DNA of 64,000 nt from Azolla caroliniana (Eukaryota > Plantae > Polypodiophyta), in contig JBHGNT010000003.1 in NCBI GenBank assembly GCA_043228905.1, positions 16,554,001 to 16,618,000 of the forward strand, written 5' to 3'. The notes below the pieces were generated by a model. The model was given only the letters and a program-made list of their open reading frames with translations, made no database searches and was not told where the DNA came from. The position numbers were made by a program, and so were the translations under genes. This document shows positions 1 to 11,800 of the stretch, one piece after another (positions within the stretch are counted from its first letter, which is position 1; every line of letters starts with the position of its first letter).

Positions 1-1238
1 ATATAAGTATCAATAGAAATTCCTAATGAATGAATCACTCCGTTGATGTATTGTACTCTTCCATCAGTCAAGTGCACCGTATAGGTGTGATCACTTACGG
101 TGGGTTGGATTCCCCATATCTGAACCAAACGATCATTCACAAAATTGTGTGAGCTTCCCGAATCAAACAGAAATTGTATGGGAGATCCATTGATATACTC
201 GTTTGGACGTAGTAAATCATTGGGACCCAATACATAGTGAGGGAAAGAACTTTGACAATTACTTAAATGATGTGTATAGACCTGAAGGACATTAGGAAAT
301 TGACCTTTATGGTCTGCAGCTTTAGCTTTGTTGTCGTGCTCTTTCCGTTGAAGCTTTCAACATTGGTCTTTTGTATGACCTTTCTTTTTGGAGAATACGC
401 AAAAAGGATGTTGTCGCTTACAATCACGATCCATGAATTTGTTGGGTGTCTTGCGTTTCCCAGCGAGTTGCGACTACTTAGTCCCAAGTGCTTTGTTGGG
501 TTTGTTGTGGTCCTTCTTCGAAGTGCATTGATAACGAAGAACTATTTCAACGGCCTCTTCGAAGGATTTTGGATCCTTATCGTGCACTATCCAATGATAG
601 TCCGAATTGGGGATGCCATTGACAAAACAAGCTATTAACCAGTTCTCCCCTTGTAGACCCGATTTTTGGATTTGGGTTCTAGCATGGTGGACATAGTCTT
701 CTAGTCAAGAAAATTTCCTGCTAGAGAGGTTCATTAAAGCTTGAGCTACCTCAGTTCGAGAGGGGAGTTGCAAAAATTGGCCCTTAAAAACTGTGACAAA
801 ATCTGTCCAAGTATCGGGCAATTTCCCCAAAGTTCGGAGCCCATGCCACCAGGCGGTGGGCTTACCCCCTAGTTCTCGGCCGACATATGCAATCTTCGTA
901 CTATCTGGCGTGGGATAGAGCTCAAACTGAGACTCCCATCGGCCTAGCCACGTGTAGATTGTTTCTTCAGTTCTTTCCTTTTTATCTCCCCTAAATGGCT
1001 TAACGACAAACGATGGTTCACCCTGTCGCTCATCAGGTCTATTAGTCTCACGTTGTAAACTAATGACACGTGCCTCGAGTGCACTTTGAGATTGCCGAAG
1101 TTCAGTCATCTGTTGAGTGGTGAAACTAAGGTATTGGGTTATTTGTGAAAAATACATCTCAATGGACATTTGTTCAGGAGGATTTCCTTGAGTTTCTTCC
1201 GTTTGAATGGATGACATCGGGTTGTTATTCTGAGCCAT
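1..1238 (-). pseudogene. gag: gypsy A gag/protease, interrupted by stops
   Basis: ORF 705..1313 matches the N-terminus of the 1134-aa ORF at 48136; stop near 705. Confidence 0.88.
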
Positions 1239-2930
1239 TAAATGATTATTTTTGGCAAAGAAATAGGATAAGGTCAAACAAATAGTCATAAAATCATGTC
1301 GTGATGTAAACATATCATGGGCAAATATTAATCGATATCATGATCTCACATCAATACCCCTCTAGATGTATGAGATGAGGTTCAAGATTAGGTTACTATG
1401 GTAACACAAAGGTGTTTTAAAAACCATGGGGGTGACAAATTAATGTCTTTCCCTGATCTCTATATTGATTTTTTTCATGGCGGCTCCCCGAGGCTCAACC
1501 ATGTATGTTCGCGTCATGAATAGTCTATACACGAAAAAAATGTTAACAATAAACTATGTTTCGGTGCCCACATATGTAGTTTTGGCTCTTTAAGTCATAT
1601 TACGAGGGCCCCGAAGTGCACTTAGACCTCAAGTCTAAACATGTGTTATAGTCATATGTATCAACGATGTTGTATGGTCTTGGTTATATTTGAACTCGAG
1701 ACCTCGAGTAAAAATGCATTAAACACTTGAGCCAACCAAGTAGGTTGCTCTTCTTGAATGTTTAATGTTTCATGCGTATAAAAGATATGCAAGGCATTTG
1801 CCCATATATGTTTTTTAAAAGAAACATATATGTCAAGAGTCCTTATTTCCCCCTCGTTTACTACAAAATATGTTGGTACGTTACCTAACCTCAAGTCTTG
1901 TAATTACGATGGCATACGCCAAAGTGCAACCTAATGGTCTAGCCAAATGAGCCCTCTTTTCGTAGTAGGCCCACGTGGCCCATCACATGATTACGTCATT
2001 ACGAATGCCTCTCGTAAGAATGATCTCATGGTGGCATTGTATCCATGTAATGAGGGAGGGATGTTGGATATGTGTGTCATAGGAGCGACCTCACATGAAG
2101 TGGGTCAAGTCCTACGTTCTCAACATCATTGTGGCTATAGGCATTTCTTTACGTAATAAAATCGAAGTCACCAACGGGAATGTCAACAATAAAAAATTGT
2201 TGAAAAAAGGGATGGTGACAACACCATTCTCACAAAAATGTGAGGACGGCCACCGAGATCTTTCCCCGAAAAGGAAAACATCCGATATTAAAATCACGTA
2301 ATAACTTATATACACATGTATATTATCACATATATACGATCAAATACGTATACACGTGACCACATGCGTATATTAAACAAATCGTTACATCAAATAGCCA
2401 TAAATGATATAATCAAGATACGTAATCGAGGCATATACCTCTACGCAAACGAAACATCCAAAAATAAGGGTTCATTGTAATACGCAATTGAGGTATTGTC
2501 CTCTTACGCATATGAGACCAAATAGATATCATTTACAACGAAATCGAGGTATTGACCTCATACGCATACGTAACATATGTATGTGAGCGTAATACGCAAT
2601 TGAGGTATTAACCTCGTGCGCATACGACACTAATCACATATTCAATATATGTCAAATGAGGTATTGACCTCATACACATGATGTAAACGTTTTATACAAC
2701 CAATTAATTACCACTACAACATCATTGAATTAATGAAAACAATTACATATAGACTATACACATGATTAGATGGGAGAAGAAAAAATAGAAAAAAAAGAAG
2801 GAAAGAGTTACCGAAGTTCCTTTGTTGATCGTTGTTTGGATCAAGGCCGACTGCACATCGATTGATCACCATCAATCAACAAGACAAAAGACAACAAAAG
2901 AAACATTAGAACATAGGCTCTGATACCAAC

Positions 2931-3385
2931 TATTAGAGACATGAACTAATGTAAGCATAAAATAAGGATAAAAGATAGATCTAGATAGAAAGGAGAGAGA
3001 GAAAGAAGGATGCCGATCCACCCGACCACCCCCGAGCGAAGGGATCGAGACGGACTCGAGCCTCGATCGGCGTCCCATACCACCGTCGTGGCGTCGAGTC
3101 GTACTTGGTGCTGGTGCGCTCGCTACAAGAGTTGATCCACCATGAAACAGAGTCTCGATGTAGTCAACAAGATGATCAAATGAGGGTAGCTAGGCCTCTT
3201 ATTTATAGTGATACCCAAGGCCCCCAAGCAAGTTCACACTTGGCCTAATGGGTTGTCTCAATCCTGAGGATTAAAAGTAATTCTCCCCTTCTTTACACTC
3301 TTGTTTAACCCTCACACTTATCCACGTGTATAGAATACTACGGTAAATTCTCACCACGGGATATTATATGGTCATGCCCGTAATA
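2931..3385 (-). repeat. 5' LTR of gypsy A (455 bp)
   Basis: Homologous to 45595-46049, 52528-52982, 55768-56219 and the interrupted 8859-10013; followed on the minus strand by a PBS. Confidence 0.92.
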
Positions 3386-4376
3386 GTAGGCATATTTTTA
3401 GGAGTTAGTGTTAGTCACTCGTACGAGCATTGAAGTAGATGTCAATACTTCTGTCAGTCCTTTTAAGGACTTGTATAAAAGTGCTCACTGAGCACATTGT
3501 ATGTACATAGTGATATTTTGAATTTGAGTTTTGTTTGTGCTCTTTGTCTCTGTCTCTCTCTTTTTCTCTCATTCTTTGTGTGTTCCATTCTCTGTGTTTT
3601 CTGGTGCTATCTCACCGAGCCGGTTGAGGTATGTTTTGTTTCCCCATTACTTTTTTCACATGGTATCAGAGCGCAAGGGTTAGAACATCCTAACACTCGG
3701 TAAGAACAAGTAATAAGAGAAAGGGATAGAGGTATGGGAAGCTTAACAGAAAAAATTATGCATCTTGGTCATACAAGATGCACCAATATTTGTTAGCACA
3801 TGGATATTGGAGTTATGTCGAAGGAGCTTGAATTATGCAGCACCGGATTTTGAGGAAATAAAAAGTGAGAAATTAATGAGCCTTTATTTTATTTTATTTA
3901 TTTATTAAAAATAAAACGAATACTTATAAGTTATACATTTATTATAAAAATTTAGAATTGTCAAGTCCCTCTTTTATTATCCCTATTTATTGTTAAGTTC
4001 CTTTCTTTTTATCCTAGGAATTTTTTAAATTTTGAATTTATTTTTTTTGGGGAGGGGTGTTTAAACGAATACTTGACTGTCCATTCGTATTCGTATTCGT
4101 TTGCATTCGAATGGGAAACCCGACGAATGCGAATATGTCAATCTATGGCTAAGACGGAATGCTGGTATTGTGGCAAGAAAGGCCACTAGGAGAGCAAGTG
4201 TTGGAACAAGCGCGCCGATTCGGACAAATCTGAATCTGGCAAGGCCGGACAAGGGAGTCTGCAACTCTCGTACTACCTAGGAGGATCAGAAGGATCGGGA
4301 AATGGATCGGCCCTAGCCTTTGTGATGAATCACAAGCCTAATTCGATGAAGACAAGCACCTCGAAATTGAATGAGG
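3386..4376 (+). mobile_element. Ty1/copia family B fragment: right part of 5' LTR (3386-3660), PBS (3661-3672), deleted gag
   Basis: LTR ends ...CACA then TGGTATCAGAGC; zinc knuckle CWYCGKKGH at ~4160-4200; colinear with 56220-57550. Confidence 0.88.
3850..4148. mobile_element. AT-rich insert with CGAAT/ATTCG subterminal repeats; probable single end of a DNA transposon
   Basis: Absent from the homologous copia B copy, where ~56672-57302 occupies this place; repeats attcgtattcgtattcg and gaatgcgaat near the right end. Confidence 0.4.
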
Positions 4377-6420
4377 TACGTTGCAGAAGGTCCAGGAAAA
4401 AGTATAGAATGTTGGCGATGGTTTAAGTCACAACCACTACAATATCAAGCCAACATACTCCATGGAATCAGGGGCGGATGGACTATGAGATCAGAAATCA
4501 TTAACGCTCTACTAATTAGGGAATTTGCTACTCAAAGGACGACAATGGAGAAATGGATAAGCCACGAGGAGGAGGGATCTCTGATTCCGAGAGGTAGGGG
4601 ACCACCAGATAGGATCGAAGGCTTTGAATTGCGAGACATTGAGACACCAACATAGAATAACGCAATTCTAGTACTCGCATATACTGGTCATAAATGGATT
4701 GTAGATCCTGATCTGATCAAAGTACAACCCGATTGGCACATATGTACTCATAAAAACACATGGCTACGTAAGGTCAGTTGGGACCCTTTGCAATGGACAT
4801 GGCGTGATCCTTACCCGGGGCAAGCAAGCAAACCAATCCCTTTCTTCCAGTTCACAACTAGATTGGGCCGCCACATTCTAGCTGCTCAAACCGCCCGAGC
4901 CTCGGCTGCTGCGAAGGTCTGGCACACAATTCAAGTTCCTCCCACAATTATCACCAAGTTTTGGCAGAAAATCTGGAAACAACAATACACGTACCACGCT
5001 CCAATGGATATTAATACATAAGTCCCTACTGGTGGGAGCATGGCAACGTGGGAACCTTAGCTCTCCTAATTGTGTAGAGTGCCCAAATGCACAATACGAC
5101 ACGCTCTGTGGGATTGTCCAACGTCCCATCGAATATGGCGGGGGGTTGGACGCTTGTTGCAATTATGCCAGGTGCAAGGCTCAATCAAGTGGGGAAATAT
5201 ATGTTGGCTATCATGGCAGACCCCAGTTGGCAGATATGAGCATCAGGAGGAGGGGATGACTTTGGTGATAAAAGCATAAGAGGTTTTTTTCTCCACCAAC
5301 GGCAATGTCCACTCAACTCCTCTTAATGACAAATCTCAAGTTGTGTTGGAATTGGTCAGCCCAATACCTCTTTGGATTCTATGGAAACAATAGTGTAGAT
5401 GGGTCTTTTCCAACCAAACCGCTCTATCGTGCCTTTCGGCACCAGATTGTTGCGTGAGTCGGGTGGGAACTGCCGGGGTTTTAGACTAGGAGGAGGAAGA
5501 ATTTGAGACGAGTTTAGTTATGAATATGAATCGATTATAAGAAAGAGAGATAGAAATTCGTGAATGCCATGAATATAGTTTAAATTTACTTTTATTAATA
5601 TTTAACCCTAATTATACTTTGGAATCGATAGGAATAGATTGGAAAAGAGAGATAAAAAACCTCGTGAATCCCACGAGTATTATATTAATCAATATTTAGA
5701 CCCTAATAATCACCCCATTATTTATTTATTTATTTTTCTCCCCCCTTATTACATTGTGCTCCCCATCCTTATATAGTGATGAGAGAGTCTTAGCAATCCA
5801 TGCTTTTTCTCTAACTATAGACTATATGCTTTCTCTAACATACTTTTCTAACCTCATGTGTTTTTATCAACTATACAGTTCATGCACGTTTAAATGTGCA
5901 TGTGTTGTTTTTTCCTAGAAAATATGCGTGAAATAACCTTTCTATGTGGGATATCTGCTTTTCTAACACTCATGATGTGTTAGTGTAATGGTAAGCCTTC
6001 AAATTAGTAACATGGAGGTACAAGGTTTGAATCTTGCCCTATGCATGTAATATATATTTTGATATTTTCGTCGTTTTCTTCATATTTATTAAATCGAGTA
6101 CTTTATACATTTTTCACGTAGTGTACGAAATACACTACGACAACGCATCCAACAAGGTTACTACAAGAGATATGGAGTGAAATTGTAGCCACTCTAAAGA
6201 GCCAATATGATGGGCTCAAGGGCGGCTCCAATGGAGTTGAAAGACAACGAATAGCCTTCATCCAACAATGGTCTTCCTCTCCCTTTCTTGAGTTAGTGGG
6301 CATCCACATAAGATGGAACTATCGTGTCCCTACAGGGATTTGTACATAATCGTCTCATTTGTAAAATTTTATAACTAATGGAAGGAGCTTTTTTTGGGAT
6401 AAAAAAATTAAAAAAATTTA
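4377..6420 (+). mobile_element. L1-type LINE 3' remnant, interrupted by an LTR-like insert
   Basis: Frameshifted ORF2 C-terminal motifs (KFWQKIWK, C..C.....TIRHALWDCPTSHRIW, LWILWK); A-rich end at ~6400-6420. Confidence 0.7.
5425..6142. mobile_element. Solo-LTR-like element with tRNA-like A/B boxes and a terminal hairpin
   Basis: Starts T(A)TCGTGCCTTTCGGC and ends ACACTACGACA, like 46558-46951; no clear TSD in this copy. Confidence 0.7.
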
Positions 6421-6439
6421 CAATGTCTAGAAAATTAAT

Positions 6440-6685
6440 CAAAATGTACATTGTTAAACTAGAAAATAAAAATATCTTTCTCATTGAAAAAGAAAACCAA
6501 AAACTTAAAAGAGACATATATTGTTAAACCAAAAAATTACAATGTCTTTCTCATTGCAAAAAAGCGAGAAAATTAAACCTGATGTATATTGTTAAACCAA
6601 AAAATTACAATGTCTTTCTCATTGCAAAAAAACGAGAAAATTAAACCCGATGTATATTGTTAAACCAAAAAATTACAATGTCTAG
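6440..6685. repeat. 68-bp AT-rich tandem repeat (~2.4 near-perfect units plus a degenerate one)
   Basis: ttgttaaaccaaaaaattacaatgtct recurs at 6521, 6589 and 6657. Confidence 0.9.
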
Positions 6686-6789
6686 AATTTTTTTTTATGT
6701 CAAGATCCATCGTGGTATTAATGAAAAGATGCCCAAAGGCTACAAAGAATCCATACAATATATTACAACCCTCGTACCCACATGAATCA

Positions 6790-8370
6790 ACATGTCTGGT
6801 AGCGGAAACCCTCATGCATGGTCGTTTCAAGACAGGGGCTGGAAAAATCCATCTTGGTAGACCATATCTCCATTTTATTCTGTCCCCAAAAAAGGTGAAG
6901 ACATCTACCTTTTTCCAAATTTCTCGAAATTGTTGTTGCTTGCAAGACACAATATCACGCTCACCATGTATTGCCTCATATTGACCTCTTAGAGTATGTA
7001 GGAGCATCAACCATATGTCCTTGACTAACTCAACCGCATTCGGTTTGACTTTTTGAAATACACACTTACATCTTGCCTTCCATAATATCCAAACTACTAA
7101 AGAAGATATCGTAGACCAAACCTTGTCTTCTTCCAAACAATGGATTGGTGTAGTATAAGAGGCCTCCAATACACGTCTTTCATCGGAGAGGAGAAGAAAA
7201 TCAACATAGTCCCTTTCATAATTCTGTATTTCTTCAAGTAACCTTCCTCATCTCACAAAACTCCATGTGGGCACCTCTTTACCATAAATAGGATACAAAA
7301 TTCTCAACATTCTTTTCCATACTGCTCTAGTTATAGGACATACCCATAAAACATGGTAAACCGTTTCATTGGGAAAACCATAACTGTCACATTTTTAATC
7401 ATGGCAATGCCCCATCATCCATGACTTCACAGGAATGCAATAATGTACCAACAACCATCTAAACAAGACAACTTTTCTAGGAATTTGCATGGCCCATAAC
7501 CACTTCCAATAAGCATTCAACCATGAGTGTCGTACATTACCCAAACTCCAAAGTTTACATGCTGCTGGTGTAACAACCACACGCCTCCTTAACAACTCTC
7601 TACCCATTTTTATCGAGTACTAAAAAAATGGGATTTGCCTACCTAAAATTCCTTGTGTTGATATGCTTTGCCATTTCCATTCATTGGGATCCCACAAAAG
7701 TTTATCAATGGGCTTATTCTCATAGACCCACAATTTAGATAAATTGATTATATCATTTGGGTGTGGATTCAAAATCCATTTTTTATTGTTTTTCCATAAT
7801 ATACGAACAGGCAACATACTCCCTTGAGATACAACTTCGTCTTCCATAAGGATAGAATGAAGCCGTCCAGAATGCAAAACATCAAAATAAAGACAATCAC
7901 GAGAGTTTTTATAACCCTTGACCACCAACAAGACATGTAAAGATGAAAACATACCATACCAAAATAGGCCACTTTGAGAAGGCTAAAAGGAATACATCAT
8001 AAACACTCTATCAATTTCTACATACATAATGTTTCCACCCCAAATTGTGTGACAAACTTAGGTTTTGTTTTCCATCATCGAAGAAGAAAAATTCAGCTAA
8101 TTCCTTACTGATCCAGCTTCTCCTATATCAAAATCAACCCATTTCAACCTACTTCTTTTCCCTAACATTCCCCCCCTCCTCTAATAGAAACAATAGGTTC
8201 ATTATGAGGGGTTGGCGCAACCAGTCCTTCATACATGATGGTAGAGATTGGATCAAGTTATGATTCAAATCGCACCACGCCTTCATGATACCCCTGGAAA
8301 ACTTATACTGACGAAAAATATCAAGGGAATGATTAAAATCTCTTAAAAACCACCATCTAATACTATCTTG
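6790..8370 (-). mobile_element. L1-type LINE ORF2 C-terminal remnant
   Basis: ORFs 7395..7607 (WKWLWAMQIPRKVVLFRWLLVH) and 6660..7169 (VWILWKARCKCVF) are typical plant L1 zf-RVT-region motifs. Confidence 0.8.
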
Positions 8371-8386
8371 CTAGTTGCCACATGTA

Positions 8387-8711
8387 TGTTAGGAATATGT
8401 CCTTGTGGGAAGAGCCGACTGCTCTACTGAGTAAGAGCTGACAGTCGAAGACGAGTAGCTGACTGATCGGGCTGAGAGTTGATAGTTGAAGACACGAAGA
8501 GTTGACTAAGAGATAATCGACATGGATAGAGTTGACTGAGAGAGAGTCGACAGTAGAGGATCCAAGTCGGGGACAAGACTGACTAGTTGGGCCGACTGGA
8601 TGGTCGATGACAAGGCCGATTAGTTGGGCTGACTAGACAATCGACATAGGAATCGGCTAATCGAAATGACTAATCAATTAGTTGGTTGATTAATAGAGAC
8701 AGTATTATTAT
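8387..8711 (+). repeat. 5' part of a copia C-type LTR
   Basis: Begins TGTTAGG; similar to LTR starts at 18577, 32969 and 61618, with GTCGAC-rich repeats. Confidence 0.75.
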
Positions 8712-8858
8712 TGTTGAGCGAGCAAGCTCAACCTGATCCGGATTGGATGAGTAAGCCAGAGCCGGATCGGTGTTCGGAACCAAGAGCTGGATCAGTGTTA
8801 GGATCAGAGTGTAACCGGTAGGCCATTAGAGGCCTACGGTCCTAGCCTAGTACATAGG
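8712..8858 (+). repeat. Left part of a copia B LTR, up to the gypsy A insertion site
   Basis: TGTTGAGCGAGCAAG start matches 18403, ~32795 and ~44790; ends ...GTACATAGG, and the uninterrupted LTR at 44790-45214 continues CATAT as at 3391 and 56225. Confidence 0.85.
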
Positions 8859-11800
8859 TATTAGAGACATGAACTAATGTAAGCATAAAATAAGGATAAA
8901 AGATAGATCTAGATAGAAAGGAGAGAGAGAAAGAAGGGCGCCGATCTATTGAGAAATCGTTGCGGAATATAAATCACAATGAACAGACACTGTTGAAATA
9001 CGAATCACAGAAATATGCCAAAGAAAAGACAAGATTAACAATGGTGCACAGAGATTTTCGTGGAAACCCTAAAACGAGGAAAACCACGGGTGAACAGATT
9101 TCTTCACTATACAAAGTGGATATACAACACCAAGACGAATACAACACTCTTTTGAGTGTATCAGCTGCACAGGGCTCTTCGCGTCTACTGTTACTCACAC
9201 AGCTATGGCGCGGCTCACACTCACACTGTCTGTCTCTCTCTTTGTTCGTCTCACTAACACACAAACTAAAAGTTTGCCCTAGTTGCATACGTACTTACGC
9301 AACTTTTTGGTTATTTACATACGTAGACCTCATGGGGCGCACCCTCAGACTATTTATAATTGTAGTCTCCCGAGTTATACACGTTTTTGGTTTCGGCCTC
9401 GGCCTTGGCCGAGTCACTCATAAAATCGGCTCCTCTCTCTTTCCCATCTGGAGGGACTTGTTTCCACACATCATCATCATTATTATTACTATAATAATAA
9501 TAGTCGAATCTTCAAACAGTCCACTCACTGTTTTCGACTCTTCGACTATCGGCTTTCCAAAAAGTCAGATCTTCCCTGTCATCGACTGTCGGCTTTCCGA
9601 TCAGTTGGTTCTTCCTCCCACTGGAGGGACATATTCCCAACACGATCCACCTGACCACCCCCGAGCGAAGGGATCGAGACAGACTCGAGCCTCGATCGGC
9701 GTCCCAAACTACCGCCGTGGCGTTGAGTCATACCTGGTGTTGGCACTCTCGCTACAAGAGTTGATCCACCACGAAACAGAGTCTCGACGTAGTCAACAAG
9801 ATGATGAAATGAGGGTAGTTAGGCCTCTTATTTATAGCGATACCCGAGGCCCCCAACAAGTTCACACTTGGCCTAATGGGTTGTCTCAATCCCGAGGATT
9901 AAAAGTAATCCTCCCCTTCTTTACACTCTCGTTTAACCCTCACACTTATCCACGTGTATAGAATACTACAGTAAATTCTCACCACGGGATATTATATGGT
10001 CATGCCTATAATGTACTCCCCCTCTTTAAAACATTGCACTCTTGCAATGGAAAGTTAGGGAAGTTAGTTTTGCGATTATTTTCGTGTTCCCATGTGGCAT
10101 CTTTTATTGATTTATCCATCCATTTTATTTTAAATTCTTGGATTTCTTTAGTACGTAATTTTTTTGTTTTAACATCGATAATTCTTTTGGTACATGTGGT
10201 TTAGACGACTCACATGAAAAACTGGATGAATTTCAACACCATCGGGAAGAGCGAGATGGTAGGCTGATGACCCAATGCGTTTGAGGACTGTAAAAGGTCC
10301 ACAAAACCGTGGGGCTAACTTAGTGCACTTACCCTTAGACAATGTCTTAGAATTGTGAGGTACACGTAAAAATACCTTCTGTCCAGGGTTGAATACACGA
10401 GGTTGCCTATGATGATCGGCATAAAAACACGCTCTATCTTGAGCTGTTTTTATATTATCTTGTGCAATATGCAACATATCTTGCATATCCCGAAGAAAGT
10501 TTTGTGTACTTCGCAACTCATCATGATGTATATTAACATCAATCAGGGCTCGTCGTTGAAAAACCATACATCAACATAAAAGGACTATATCCCGTCGACG
10601 TATGCTTGGAGCTGTTATAAGCAAACTCTAAAATTGGGAGATAACGTTCCCATTTTGTTGGTTTTGCACCAACGTATGCTCGAAGCATGTCCTCAATAAT
10701 TTGATTTACTCGTTTTGTCTGTCCATTGGATTGAGGATGATCCGTGGAGCTCATGCTCAATGTAGTTTCTAACTTCTTAAAGACTTGTGTCCATAAGTCA
10801 CCAGTAAACTTTGGATCTGGATCACTCACAATATCCATCGGTAACCCATAAAAACAAAATAACTCGTCAACGAATTGGTAAACCAATTTAGGAGCTGTTA
10901 CTATGGTTTTAGTAGCAATAGATCTGGCCATTTTAGTTAGTCTATCAACCACAACCCAGATGACATCATGGCCTTTTTGGGTACGAGGAAGGCTAACAAT
11001 AAAATCCATGGATATACTTTCCCACTTATTGTTGGGAATGTCCAAGGGATGTAAAAGTCCTGCGTCTTTAAGTCGCTCAGCTCTGTTAACCTGCCATTGG
11101 TGACATTTAGTCACATAACTATCTATGTCAGGACACATCTTAGGCCAATAGAATTAAGTGGAGATGACAACGAGTGTATGATGTATTCCAGGGTGCCCCG
11201 CTGAGGGTGCATCATGGCATTAAAAGAGAATTCTCTTTTTGACCTCAGGTAAATTTGGAACACAAACCTTCCCATTACGGTAGAGCAGACCGTTAGCAAT
11301 GTGGAAGTATTCCTTTGAGGATGTGGTGGTGTCTATTCCAGACTCAACTCTTGCCCAGTATTTCGCAAAATAACTGTCATCAGGATACTTTCCTCGGAGG
11401 TGATGATAAAGATATGATGTTATTTCAGTGAAGCTAATCATGTTAACTTCACGGACGCGACTTAGTGCATCAATGACAGTGTTCATGGAACCTTTACGAT
11501 ATCGTATGGAAAAATCAAAGTCCTAGATGAGATCAGCCCATCCTACCTTACGACCTTTCAGGTCTTGTTGGTCACAAAAATATTTCAAGGACTCGTGGTC
11601 CGTAGTTACCACAAAGCGATTTCCATAAAGATAATGATGGCATGTTTTTAGTGTATAACTGCAAATAACTCCTTTTCTTCAATGGTATACTGACATTGAG
11701 CAGAATCAAGTTTCTTACTCTCGAATGCTATTGGTTTACCATCTTGATATAAGACAACACCTATAGCATAATCGCTTGCATTGGTTTCAACCTCAAAAGG

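Larger units (their letters stand above)
1..3385 (-). mobile_element. Ty3/gypsy chromovirus family A, 5' part (5' LTR, PBS, long leader, disrupted gag, protease start); runs off the window start
   Basis: Reverse complement is colinear with the complete element at 45595-52982. LTR 2931-3385; Met-type PBS TGGTATCAGAGC at 2928-2917; gag MAQNNNPMSS from 1238; protease [10 protein letters not shown] near 140-175. Confidence 0.93.

Noticed and set aside
1661-2315. Short ORFs in the gypsy A leader recurring in several copies
   Set aside because: Antisense or non-ATG, no domains; recurrence reflects recent duplication.
2428-2672. Regularly spaced palindromic repeats resembling a CRISPR array
   Set aside because: Repeats are only ~14 bp and degenerate, lie in a retrotransposon leader in a eukaryote, and no cas genes are present.
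8960-9961. 333-aa ORF
   Set aside because: Runs antisense through a solo LTR and a gypsy LTR, starts at TTG and has no recognisable domain; chance ORF.
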